A stretch of DNA of 64,000 bases from positions 1 to 64,000 of IMG/VR virus record IMGVR_UViG_3300017909_001085. One strand, given 5' to 3'. The translations under genes were made by a program, and so were the position numbers. Each line of letters starts with the position of its first letter. The stretch's first letter is position 1. Of this stretch, positions 9,691 through 18,942 are shown one piece after another. The stretch is from a virus (taxonomy: Duplodnaviria > Caudoviricetes). The notes beneath the pieces were generated by a model, which was not told where the DNA came from, did not search any database, and was given only the letters and a program-made list of their open reading frames with translations.

Positions 9691-10429
9691 CTATAAACTC
9701 TCTTAATGAAGCATTCTTTCTTTGTATCTTTCCCCACGAACCACCACCATTGGGGTTGTAGCGAATACCTTTTTGATTTCCTGTATCTTGACACTGTAAA
9801 ATAATCATACCGTGTGGGTTTTTTCTTGCGAAACTATAGATGCTTGCTTCTGCTTCATCTTCTATGTTTAGATACTTGTTCCAGCGTTCAAACTTCTTCT
9901 TACCTTTTGAAAATCTAGCAAACACTTCAGGTGTAACTTTGAAGATTGCAGTCTTACGCTTTTTCTTTTTAACTACAACTGTGTCGCTATCTTCTCCTGT
10001 TCCTGCTACTGCTGGACCTGTAGAATTTGCGGCGGCATCCTCCCACGCTTTTCTCACTTGCTGTTCTGCTAGATAAAATCCAGGTCGGTGTTCTGCGGCA
10101 TCTAGTTTTTCTAGAAGCACATCGTCTGTTTCCCAAAACTCTTCCTCTTTTACAATCTTCTCACGAATAAGCAGTAGAGCGGCGGCATAGTTTGCAAGTC
10201 TTGACTTTACAAATGGCACCTTCTCTAGCAACCCACGCAATCTAAACACAAGTCTATGAAGAAGTGTGTATGCGTTTGACTGATTTGATGTAGTGAAGTT
10301 TCTCATCTTGATAAGTTGTTCACCTTTGTCGTTGATGATACCTTGTTTATATGCTTCGGTATCTTCATACTTGACAGTGAACAATCTCAACATTCTGAGG
10401 GTAATAAGATTATCTACTAATTTGCTCAT
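9674..10429 (-). CDS. Conserved hypothetical T4-like phage protein
   Basis: 251-aa ORF with coupled overlaps; EAYKQGIINDKG and NYAAALLLIRE segments typical of marine T4-like genomes. Confidence 0.6.
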   Translation of the reverse strand: MSKLVDNLITLRMLRLFTVKYEDTEAYKQGIINDKGEQLIKMRNFTTSNQSNAYTLLHRLVFRLRGLLEKVPFVKSRLANYAAALLLIREKIVKEEEFWETDDVLLEKLDAAEHRPGFYLAEQQVRKAWEDAAANSTGPAVAGTGEDSDTVVVKKKKRKTAIFKVTPEVFARFSKGKKKFERWNKYLNIEDEAEASIYSFARKNPHGMIILQCQDTGNQKGIRYNPNGGGSWGKIQRKNASLREFIDDRNI

Positions 10430-10788
10430 TCTTTTCTTAATTCCTGTACTATGTTATTATCCAATGCTACATCGACAAATTCATCATCTCTCATATAGTT
10501 CAAGAATACCAGAAAGGTTTTCAAGCAAGGCAACATATCAGTTTCTACTTTATATAAAAGCATCTTCTTTGTTGCTTCAGGACCAAATACATTGTTTAAG
10601 ACTACCATGTGGTTTATCACTAGTCTTGCTCTCATCTGACCAGTCTCAAGATATTTCTTGAACAGTCTCTTAATATATTTAATGCGTTTCAAGTCTTCCT
10701 GAAACTCTTCAAAGTCCATGCAATGAGGATTATTATATGCTTTCATTGCATAGACTAAGAAGTTCTTTTCTGTCAATTCACCATTCAT
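10426..10788 (-). CDS. Conserved hypothetical T4-like phage protein
   Basis: NFLVYAMKAYNNP...EFQEDLKRIKYIKRL...NHMVVLNNVFG; recognisable conserved marine T4-like gene. Confidence 0.7.
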   Translation of the reverse strand: MNGELTEKNFLVYAMKAYNNPHCMDFEEFQEDLKRIKYIKRLFKKYLETGQMRARLVINHMVVLNNVFGPEATKKMLLYKVETDMLPCLKTFLVFLNYMRDDEFVDVALDNNIVQELRKE

Positions 10789-10812
10789 GATATAATAATT
10801 TATAATAGCGAA

Positions 10813-11598
10813 TTAAACGATTTTAGCGTAGACTTTGGTACATCCTGTTGGTAACTTTTCATAGTCAAACTGAATGTTCAAACCCTCTGCAGGATTTTCG
10901 TTATCAAATTGGTCGATAGGAGTTGTGCCACTCTTACCTGTGATACCACCAAACTGTGTCAAAGGTGCTGATACAGTACCTTTCGCTTCAGTCATTGCAG
11001 GGATATCAAATGTCAGACCGATTGTTGCGAGTTTACCTTGCAATTGCAACAACGCACCTTTAGGGTTGATATACTCACGCTGACCAATCATGCCAACATG
11101 TGCGTTCAACTGTTCAAGTACTTCTGGATTCTTAACATCATTCAATGATAAGTCTGTACCATCTCCTGTTGGGTTTTGTGAGTAACCATCTTCCATGATT
11201 GCTTTCACTGTATCTACAATGTTTACACTCTCAGTTTTTGGTTTAGCAGGTGCGGCAGGTTTAGGTGCCGCTGGTTTTGCTGTTGCTGTTTTGATATCTG
11301 CTTTTGCTTTCGCAAGTCTCTCACGGTCTGCTTTCTTCTTCTGAATTTTAGCAAGTTTCGCTTGTGCGGCATCTGCACGACCAGAAACCGACATTCTGTT
11401 TGCCGCTTTCTTCGCTACATTTACTGCACCTTTTGCTACTTTTGCTACGCCTCGACCGATTGCACCTACAATACCTTCTTCAAGTTCATTGAGTTCTGTG
11501 TCTGATAGATTGTCAATGTAAGCATCGAACAACTCATCATTCATCTCAAGAACTGATACGAGTTTGCTTTCGGTGAGATGTGTCTTAAATGATTTCAT
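10813..11598 (-). CDS. Probable internal head protein with capsid-targeting-like leader
   Basis: N-terminus MKSFKTHLTE resembles T4 internal-protein targeting leaders; internal L/I-x-E sites; Ala/Lys/Pro-rich linker. Confidence 0.55.
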   Translation of the reverse strand: MKSFKTHLTESKLVSVLEMNDELFDAYIDNLSDTELNELEEGIVGAIGRGVAKVAKGAVNVAKKAANRMSVSGRADAAQAKLAKIQKKKADRERLAKAKADIKTATAKPAAPKPAAPAKPKTESVNIVDTVKAIMEDGYSQNPTGDGTDLSLNDVKNPEVLEQLNAHVGMIGQREYINPKGALLQLQGKLATIGLTFDIPAMTEAKGTVSAPLTQFGGITGKSGTTPIDQFDNENPAEGLNIQFDYEKLPTGCTKVYAKIV

Positions 11599-11613
11599 TA
11601 CACTCTCCCTTTA

Positions 11614-12081
11614 TTATGTTCCGATTGTGCAACCAGTATTTGACAAGATTTGCCACTTCGAATTATTAAACATCAATGTGATATTATCACCTGCATCTCC
11701 AAAGGTGATAGATAATCCGTTTGCAAAGTTTGCAGGATTAACTTGAACATCACCACCATCTGTAATGAGAGTGATATTTTTAATTTGTCCTTGTACACCA
11801 TCAGCAAGCGTCAATGCATTACCTGAAATTGTTGCCGCAGTTGATGTAATGTTAGTGATTGCTGTTGTTACACTGACAGCGGCAGTTGAACCCGCCGCCG
11901 TGATTGCTTCTGCAGTTCCATCAAATGCAAGATAACCATCTAGTTTGATGTTGCCTGCGATATTCTCTAACAGATTTTGCACTGTTAGTTTTTTGTTCGA
12001 ACCACCTTGTACGATGTGAAGCAAGTCGGCGGATGCACCTGAACTTGCGGCGGTCAATTCACTTATTTTTTGGTCTGCCAT
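11614..12081 (-). CDS. Virion structural protein
   Basis: MADQKISELT N-terminus and LADGVQGQIK beta-rich body, typical phage tail/fibre accessory. Confidence 0.6.
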   Translation of the reverse strand: MADQKISELTAASSGASADLLHIVQGGSNKKLTVQNLLENIAGNIKLDGYLAFDGTAEAITAAGSTAAVSVTTAITNITSTAATISGNALTLADGVQGQIKNITLITDGGDVQVNPANFANGLSITFGDAGDNITLMFNNSKWQILSNTGCTIGT

Positions 12082-12145
12082 ATTAGTCTCCTATTTTGCA
12101 GTTTATTCACTCTATGCTTTGTTACAAGACATAGACTTTTCTAGG

Positions 12146-12169
12146 TGGGCGCAACTTCAATGGCGCCCA
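12146..12169. other. GC-rich hairpin downstream of 12175-13206 gene
   Basis: TGGGCGC...GCGCCCA inverted repeat; no clear U-tract so may be a stability/processing hairpin. Confidence 0.45.
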
Positions 12170-12174
12170 AATTA

Positions 12175-13206
12175 TTAAGATGCTGTAACGGTTACAGTCT
12201 GTGCAGTTGCACCAGTTGTTACTCTTGATACATCACCACCTGTCATTGTTACAGTACAATCTTCCTGGTCAAGACCAGTACCTGCTACTGAAACAGTAGG
12301 TTTGCCGGTGTATCCAGAACCTGCTCCACTCACTGCTACACTTTCTACTGCAAGTGTTACATTAAATGTTGCACCTGTACCAGAACCAGTTGTAGACTGC
12401 GTTGCGATACCAGTCACACCACTTGCTAGTGCAGTGTATGCACCATCGTTAGTGATAGTAAGACCAGTAACAGCACCAGAGTTTACAGTTGCTACTGTGA
12501 ATGTTGCATTAGTACCTGTACCGAAAGAGTTTGCAATAGTCAATACATCGCCTACTGCGTGACCTGAACCACCAGCGGCAACTTCAACTGAAGCAACTTT
12601 AGCAGTTACGGCACCGATAGATGCGTTACTGATATTTGTTGTTACAGTGTTGTCGATTGTAGCAGTTGGGAATGTAGTGCCACCAGTAGTGACTGTACCA
12701 CCAGCGATTGAACCAACTCTGTCGCCTGCTGTATCTTTCAGAGTACCACTGTTCAGAGCGATTGCCGCTGAACCAGAACCACCAAATGTCAATACGTCAC
12801 CTGTTGATACTGTTTGTGATGCCGCTGTAAATCTTTTTACGTTCGGTGTTGAACCTGTTGCTGTATAAGTCAACGTATAGTTTCCATCACCATCACCAGA
12901 CTGGTTGCCGTTAGCAACTGTAATTTGTGGTGAACCAGTTACGGTCACTGCTTCGTTGAATGTTACATCAACTGTAATTGTTGCTGTGCCATTGACAATA
13001 GTATCTGTGATAAATTCAACTGCAGTAACATCTGCTACATTAACTTTACCTGACAGTCCGCCAATAGCAACAATAACTTCTTCTAGACCCGTATTAGGGT
13101 CACGATATACCCAACCTTTTGGAGTTGCGTAAGTATCGCTTTTCTTTGCAGTAGTCAAAAACTTAGGTTTTGCTTCGTCTGCATCTGTTGCGCCCCATGA
13201 AGACAT
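12175..13206 (-). CDS. Virion structural protein with Ig-like/beta-rich Thr-Gly-Ala repeats
   Basis: VTFNEAVTVTGSPQ Ig-like strand, GGSGHAVGDVLT and GSGYT repeats. Confidence 0.65.
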   Translation of the reverse strand: MSSWGATDADEAKPKFLTTAKKSDTYATPKGWVYRDPNTGLEEVIVAIGGLSGKVNVADVTAVEFITDTIVNGTATITVDVTFNEAVTVTGSPQITVANGNQSGDGDGNYTLTYTATGSTPNVKRFTAASQTVSTGDVLTFGGSGSAAIALNSGTLKDTAGDRVGSIAGGTVTTGGTTFPTATIDNTVTTNISNASIGAVTAKVASVEVAAGGSGHAVGDVLTIANSFGTGTNATFTVATVNSGAVTGLTITNDGAYTALASGVTGIATQSTTGSGTGATFNVTLAVESVAVSGAGSGYTGKPTVSVAGTGLDQEDCTVTMTGGDVSRVTTGATAQTVTVTAS

Positions 13207-13231
13207 AGTATTTTCTCCTTTAATTTTTTTA

Positions 13232-13753
13232 TCAGAAACCGTGTTTCTTCAAAGTATTTATAGTTTTCCTTGCGTCAGTGTGCCATATACCGATGCCACC
13301 TGCCGCTTCCCATTCTCTAATATTTTTGATGTAATCATCAATCAATATGTTTTGTACACCATCAGTCACCGCATAATCTTTCTTTTCTTGTCTCAATACA
13401 AGATTTATGCGTTGCTTCGGTATCATAAGATGTCTTTTTATCCAAGACTTCTTACCATCTTTACAATTCTTATCCCAATTTGCATAGGCAGAGAGAATAT
13501 AAGGATGACTTGACTTTACATATCTGAACAATTCTTTACCGCCTGGCATCCAATCAAGAGTGTGCCAAAACGATGGGTTCTTCTCAATCTGTGCTTTGAT
13601 TTTACCTTTTGCGCCTTTAGAAATATCTGGTGATGTAAAATCTTCACCTGTCGTATCTTTTACGCCTTTGATAAAATCACAAAGAACTCCATCCATATCT
13701 AAAAATATTTTCGCTTGTCCTCTTTGTTCAAATTGTTTTAGTGTTATAGTCAT
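13232..13753 (-). CDS. HAD-family 5'(3')-deoxyribonucleotidase
   Basis: IFLDMDGVLCDF motif I, ILS, K, LIDD...WEAAGGIGI. Confidence 0.85.
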   Translation of the reverse strand: MTITLKQFEQRGQAKIFLDMDGVLCDFIKGVKDTTGEDFTSPDISKGAKGKIKAQIEKNPSFWHTLDWMPGGKELFRYVKSSHPYILSAYANWDKNCKDGKKSWIKRHLMIPKQRINLVLRQEKKDYAVTDGVQNILIDDYIKNIREWEAAGGIGIWHTDARKTINTLKKHGF

Positions 13754-14002
13754 TTATTCATCTTCTTCTTTTGGTTTTTCTTTTACGTTATGCGTGACTT
13801 TCATAGTCGTTTCTCTGTTAGCATCTACAAATATCAGTTCCAATCGATTTGTTATCTCATGGTCTGGTGTATCTTTCAACTTCAGTTGTATACTAACATC
13901 TTTATCACAAAAGTCAAGACCTAAATCACGAACTTTTTTAATAAAATTAAACCACAAATCCTCTACCTTGGGAACATCGTCCCTTGTAAATTGCTTTGCC
14001 AT
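13754..14002 (-). CDS. Hypothetical protein
   Basis: 82-aa ORF in operon context. Confidence 0.5.
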   Translation of the reverse strand: MAKQFTRDDVPKVEDLWFNFIKKVRDLGLDFCDKDVSIQLKLKDTPDHEITNRLELIFVDANRETTMKVTHNVKEKPKEEDE

Positions 14003-14029
14003 CGTTCTAACTTTCGTGCGAGTGAACCC

Positions 14030-14251
14030 TTAGTCGGATTCTTTATCGCCTTTCCAATTAGCATCAATGTAGTCAAAAAATTTCTTCTTATCTCCGTCTG
14101 ACAATTCTGAAGGTGACTTAACGCCACGCTTTTTTAACTCTTTAGCAAAGAACTTCTGATATGCACTTTGGTCTTCAGTTTTAGTGCTATCAATTTCTTC
14201 TCTACTTCTTTCTTTCAGATTGAACGGATTATTGATTCCTAATCCAAACAT
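14030..14251 (-). CDS. Hypothetical protein (possible internal head protein)
   Basis: AYQKFF...GVKSPSELS...KKKFFDYID module; TAATG coupling. Confidence 0.6.
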   Translation of the reverse strand: MFGLGINNPFNLKERSREEIDSTKTEDQSAYQKFFAKELKKRGVKSPSELSDGDKKKFFDYIDANWKGDKESD

Positions 14252-14784
14252 TATTTGCTCTCCTTTGTTTCTACTTTAGTGTCTAGATAATCCGCAGAAC
14301 CATCTAGTTTATCTACTGCTACTGCGACTTTATTAGTCCACCAAGTAGGTAGTTCGTCTTCATCACTTAATTTATCTAGTTCAGTTTGCATCTTTTGTAG
14401 TGCAGACATAGCAATCTGTACTTGATTTTTTGCAGATGCTACATCAGTGTGTCCGTCTTCTTTTACAAACTCTTCACTCTTGCCTCTGACTTTAGCGGCA
14501 AGGTCTGCATCTGCTTTACCCCATGTACCTGACGATTTGGTCACGAAAGAATTTACTCTTGCGAGTCCCCATTGCTGTGGGTTTGTTCCTGGTCTATGAC
14601 CACCCTTCCATGCGGCAACGCCTCGCTTAAATACTTGCTTCAATATACCAAGTGGCATACCAGATTTTTCTGCTTTCTTCTTTAGTGCGGCATCATTCTC
14701 ATCAAGCAATTTCTCTTCTAAGTTTGCTTCAACTTGAGATACTTCTGCTAGTACTTGTGCCATTGTTTTTCTGTAATGTGTCAT
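14251..14784 (-). CDS. Two-module probable internal head protein
   Basis: ALKKKAEKSG...RGVAAW...QWGLARVNSF module and DGHTDV...WWTNK module separated by acidic x-x-E linker; ATG at 14784 (ATGA overlap). Confidence 0.6.
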   Translation of the reverse strand: MTHYRKTMAQVLAEVSQVEANLEEKLLDENDAALKKKAEKSGMPLGILKQVFKRGVAAWKGGHRPGTNPQQWGLARVNSFVTKSSGTWGKADADLAAKVRGKSEEFVKEDGHTDVASAKNQVQIAMSALQKMQTELDKLSDEDELPTWWTNKVAVAVDKLDGSADYLDTKVETKESK

Positions 14785-15053
14785 CGCTCTTCCCAAATCT
14801 TTATTTTAAGATTTCCTTTTCCTTTTATTACTCTATGATACTGCATTGCAGGTATCTTATAAATTCTTCCTCTCTCAAGTGTCACTGGTAATTCATTATC
14901 TAATTGTAACTGCCAATCTACACCTTCAAGAATTGTTATCTCTCTATTGTATTTATCCCTATGCCAAATCAACTCTGCATCTTCAACATCTTCGCTGAAA
15001 ATACGTTCATCGCCTCTATCAGTATATGGATTACCAGAAGAAGTTTCCGCCAC
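14781..15053 (-). CDS. Small cupin-fold protein
   Basis: WHRD...W.LQLDNELP...IPAMQYHRVIKG. Confidence 0.65.
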   Translation of the reverse strand: MAETSSGNPYTDRGDERIFSEDVEDAELIWHRDKYNREITILEGVDWQLQLDNELPVTLERGRIYKIPAMQYHRVIKGKGNLKIKIWEER

Positions 15054-17610
15054 CAGATAATCCTAACTGTTTTGCATAATAAGGCATTCTACACGCCCAA
15101 TAACCAGGTTTTGTTTTATCTTTCTTTGCTGGACAATTATGTCTAGCAGAAAATGATTTTCTTGCTTCTGGATCATTGAGTTTAATTTTCAAACCAGTAG
15201 TGTCACCCCAACTGACTTTTTTGATGTTGCCAGATGATGGGTCTTTCACATACACATAATACTTCTTAGGTCCACCTGCTTTAGGTTTATTCAACTCGGG
15301 TTGCTTTTCTTCTTCAATCATAGGACAATCAAGTGGTACATGATTACCTTCGTACATTGCAAATGAACCAATGTCAGTCTCTAGTAATTCTTTATCAAAG
15401 TAATCTAAGTTAGTTCTGTCTATTGTTTTCTTCCAGTCATTGAATGTTTCATAGTACATTTCAGAACCCACACGATAGATATTACTTTCTATCAGTCTGG
15501 ACTCTTGTTTGTTCATACTCTTTAGACGCTCTTGTTCTAATTTCTTGAGTTTTGGTCTTAGTCTCATCGCAATACGATTAATCAATGCACCTTTACCTTG
15601 CAGTCTTTTTTCGATTGCTTGCTTTTCTGCAAAACTCAAATCGTTATAATTCTTTCCTTTGATGTATCTCTTACGCATCAGATTTCTTGCATGACGTTGC
15701 GCCCTCTTCTGCAACTTCTCAGGTGAAGACGGTCTACGCAATGCAATCTTTCTTGCTCTTGCAATCTTACCTTTCAGTCTACGCATTTGCTGACTACGCT
15801 TAAATCTCTGCGCTGGTGTCAATACTTCATCGACCCAATCATAATTATCGTCAATGACTGTTCTCTGCATACCATCATCACTAGACATGTTTGACCAGTC
15901 TTCATCGTCATGGTCACCATCATTGTCTAGGTCTGGATAGATATCTTCTACATCTTCTAGTTCATCATAACCATCGATGACACCTTCTAAATCTGTCGCA
16001 AGTTCTTCATCATTGTCGATATCTACTTCTTCTTCTAAAAAGATATCGATATTCCATTCATCACGCAATTCATCTTCTTCGTCATGTGAGATATACGAAA
16101 AATCTTCGTTCTTCTTCGCCATCTTAGTAAGAGTAGCATAATAGATGGATTCACCCTCATCACCATATCTGTCGATGAAGTCTTGCTTGTCTATATCTTT
16201 TTCATACTTCTTCATCTTCTTTTTTTCTGCAGGTGTCAGTGTTCGTTCATCTATTTCAAACTCATCTTTGAATGGTTTGTCACCTTTATTAATAATTCTA
16301 CCTGACTTTTTGGTCACAGGAACTTTTAAGTTCTTTAGTGTTTTATGTCTTCTCAAATATGTCTTCTCACCTACAGATTGTCCGGGCGTTACCTCTTTCG
16401 TATGGTCAGCATAGTCTTTACCTATTTCATATGCTTCGTATTTGTCAGATTTTCTTTTCGTGCCATCCGCTCTTGGAATAAGTCCTTTTGCTTTAAGATG
16501 TGCTATATCTGTGAATCCTGCTTTACCTGACTTGTATCGTGCCATCGCATCTTTTGTATTTGGAGCATCTTCTCCAAACATCTGCTTGAATTTCTTTGTG
16601 TGCTTTGAAGGTTTTGTAGTCGCTGTCGCATCTCCAGGTGCTGGTTCGTAAGCACTTGGGTCGTCATCTGATTTCTTTGCACCTTTCTTGAAATGTGCAT
16701 CTCTGGCAGATTTGGTAGACTTGGACTTGATTCCCTTATAGTATTTTGCTGGTTGAGTACCGGACTTATCTCCGATATCTTTGTCTTGTCGGACAGTGGA
16801 TCTATCTTCGTCATCTTTCTTTTTCTTCTCGGATAGGTCAGACAACCACTTTGTATAAACATTACCATCTTCTCCTTGACAATACACAAAGTTAGGACCT
16901 TGCTCAATGATTTCGTATTCTGTTTCTTCATTCATGTCATAGACGATATCGCCTACGTTGAAGAACTCACCCATGAGATATGCTTCACGGAGTTCATCTC
17001 TATCAAACATAACATCATCACTGATAGAATATACTTTGCGAATTTGATTATAAATTGCAGTCTTTTCTCTGTCTGATAGTTTAGATGCAAGTGCTTTCTT
17101 AAACACATCAAGTTTACCAGTCTTTGCGAGTTCACGCAACTTAGTACCAGAGATACCTTCAACACCTTTCGCATTCGGGTCACGCTTACCAGCGGATACT
17201 GAATTGATTGAGTTGAAGTTAAAATCTTTTCCGTTATATCTTTTGATGAGATTGACCATCTCAGCATCACGGTCTTCACCAAATACTAATGTGATATCTG
17301 TGTAACCGTCTGCTTCTAATTCTTTTGCAACTTCAATGATTGTTCTTGCTCTTGACTTTTTGAAAATACCAAATGCTTTCTTAGCATACTTTGCTTTTTC
17401 ATTATATGTCAGAGGGTCTTTTTCTTTGTTGCTTGTATGTGACAAGTAAAGACGGGCATCTGCGCCTCTCGCCTTTGCTTCTGATTTGATTTTATTTACG
17501 AGTTTCTCATGCCCGATAGTAGGCGGGTTCATTCTGCCGAATGAGAATACAATTTTCTTTTCTTTTGCTTCCTTCAGTCTTTGCTGAAGGTCTGTAAACT
17601 TTAACGTCAT
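15031..17610 (-). CDS. HIGH-superfamily nucleotidyltransferase (cytidylyltransferase-like) fused to multiple C-terminal modules
   Basis: FGRMNPPTIGH, DPL, GEDR, SAGKRDP, SGTKLR in first ~200 aa; remainder is a chain of basic modules and acidic linkers; ATG at 17610 via ATGA overlap. Confidence 0.8.
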   Translation of the reverse strand: MTLKFTDLQQRLKEAKEKKIVFSFGRMNPPTIGHEKLVNKIKSEAKARGADARLYLSHTSNKEKDPLTYNEKAKYAKKAFGIFKKSRARTIIEVAKELEADGYTDITLVFGEDRDAEMVNLIKRYNGKDFNFNSINSVSAGKRDPNAKGVEGISGTKLRELAKTGKLDVFKKALASKLSDREKTAIYNQIRKVYSISDDVMFDRDELREAYLMGEFFNVGDIVYDMNEETEYEIIEQGPNFVYCQGEDGNVYTKWLSDLSEKKKKDDEDRSTVRQDKDIGDKSGTQPAKYYKGIKSKSTKSARDAHFKKGAKKSDDDPSAYEPAPGDATATTKPSKHTKKFKQMFGEDAPNTKDAMARYKSGKAGFTDIAHLKAKGLIPRADGTKRKSDKYEAYEIGKDYADHTKEVTPGQSVGEKTYLRRHKTLKNLKVPVTKKSGRIINKGDKPFKDEFEIDERTLTPAEKKKMKKYEKDIDKQDFIDRYGDEGESIYYATLTKMAKKNEDFSYISHDEEDELRDEWNIDIFLEEEVDIDNDEELATDLEGVIDGYDELEDVEDIYPDLDNDGDHDDEDWSNMSSDDGMQRTVIDDNYDWVDEVLTPAQRFKRSQQMRRLKGKIARARKIALRRPSSPEKLQKRAQRHARNLMRKRYIKGKNYNDLSFAEKQAIEKRLQGKGALINRIAMRLRPKLKKLEQERLKSMNKQESRLIESNIYRVGSEMYYETFNDWKKTIDRTNLDYFDKELLETDIGSFAMYEGNHVPLDCPMIEEEKQPELNKPKAGGPKKYYVYVKDPSSGNIKKVSWGDTTGLKIKLNDPEARKSFSARHNCPAKKDKTKPGYWACRMPYYAKQLGLSGGGNFFW

Positions 17611-18851
17611 TTTTTCACCCAATTTTTTGCGGCAGTGAAGTTAGCACGACTGAACTCTAAACGGTTCACAAGTTTAACTGCATTACCTTTTAATCTGTCC
17701 ACTGCCACAAATCCCTCAGGTTCTGTGGTCTTCAATCCATCATCTGTTCTCAGAAATGTCCCAATAGATTTAACTTTTGACAATTTCTGCACCAATACAT
17801 TCTTAGCGTCCATAATATAGTTGTATAACTGTGTAGCATTCTGCAAGTCTGCAGTTTGCTGTTCAATCTTATTTAGTCCATCTTTCTTTATTTCAGTATA
17901 CTTTTGTTTACCTGCTTCAGATTTTACACTCTCAATCTTCTTGTCTAGTTTAGTAATCCAGTAGTTCTTGAAATCAGAAACCATTGTATTACTATCAGGT
18001 AAATCATCAGTACTTCTAAAATACGAGTTCAGATGAACCTTAAAATTAGTTGGGATAGCGAATTGGTTCTTTTCATCAAAGTTATCTGCCATCTGGTCTA
18101 AGTACTTAGACACTTTAGGTAGAAGACTTTCAATCCGTTCGATATAACCATTGAGAAGTTCGGTTTCATCTTTAGTCAGTGTAACTGTGCCTGAAACATC
18201 TTTATATGAGGCATCATCGAACCAGACCGTCTTCTGCTTTCTCAACTTACTAATATTTATATTAAATGATGCTTTCATAGTGTCTAATGTGCGACCTTTA
18301 TATTCTGTGTGAAATATGATACCCATCTTAGTTTTTTGTACAAATTTACCAAGAGGTCCATTCGCAGGTATCGCATAGACAATAGTGTTAGGTTGAAAGA
18401 TAATGTAATCTTCACCATCAATTGTTTTCTTTTGCAAGTCAGATTTCGTATACATCATATCGCCTTGTATGACGCCTTTGATACCTAACTTTGATAATTC
18501 GTTTAGTGCTACAGTCAACTTCTCAACAAGACCACCAGTGTGGTTCTTGCGAATGTCTGCAACTGTTTTGTTTAGTTTAGGGTTGACATTAAATACTGAC
18601 TTAGTAGCAACAAAGAACTTACCATCTGACGGATCGATACCACAGAAAATAGCAGGTGCGCCATCCCATTTAGTAGTGATATTTACACCAGTGCGAACAC
18701 TACTTGATAGCATGTTACGAACTTCTTTGAGGAAGTTGATAGCATTCTCTGCACCACTAGAACCATCAGTAATGATGGTTTCTTCGATATGTGTCAGATG
18801 CGTATTGCGGTTTTCTGACAGTTCTTCTGTGTGTTTCTTAAAACTTAACAT
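17607..18851 (-). CDS. Conserved phage protein with ATP-dependent ligase-like nucleotidyltransferase motifs
   Basis: TKWDG (motif I KxDG), QGDMMY (III), EGFVAV (IV), VKLV (V); N-terminal MLSFKKHTEELSE leader. Confidence 0.6.
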   Translation of the reverse strand: MLSFKKHTEELSENRNTHLTHIEETIITDGSSGAENAINFLKEVRNMLSSSVRTGVNITTKWDGAPAIFCGIDPSDGKFFVATKSVFNVNPKLNKTVADIRKNHTGGLVEKLTVALNELSKLGIKGVIQGDMMYTKSDLQKKTIDGEDYIIFQPNTIVYAIPANGPLGKFVQKTKMGIIFHTEYKGRTLDTMKASFNINISKLRKQKTVWFDDASYKDVSGTVTLTKDETELLNGYIERIESLLPKVSKYLDQMADNFDEKNQFAIPTNFKVHLNSYFRSTDDLPDSNTMVSDFKNYWITKLDKKIESVKSEAGKQKYTEIKKDGLNKIEQQTADLQNATQLYNYIMDAKNVLVQKLSKVKSIGTFLRTDDGLKTTEPEGFVAVDRLKGNAVKLVNRLEFSRANFTAAKNWVKK

Positions 18852-18857
18852 AGTACT

Positions 18858-18885
18858 ATAATACCATACTTTCCCTATTTGTCAA
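18858..18885 (-). promoter_or_regulatory. Sigma70-type promoter
   Basis: TTGACA-N16-TATTAT with TGn extended -10. Confidence 0.55.
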
Positions 18886-18942
18886 CACTAAAATGCATTT
18901 ATGGCAAACTTTTTTCACTAGTGTTGTATTTTTGCAACAGTA

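Noticed and set aside
11240-11290. Short tandem repeat encoding PAAPK
   Set aside because: Only two copies in a flexible linker; ordinary low-complexity sequence
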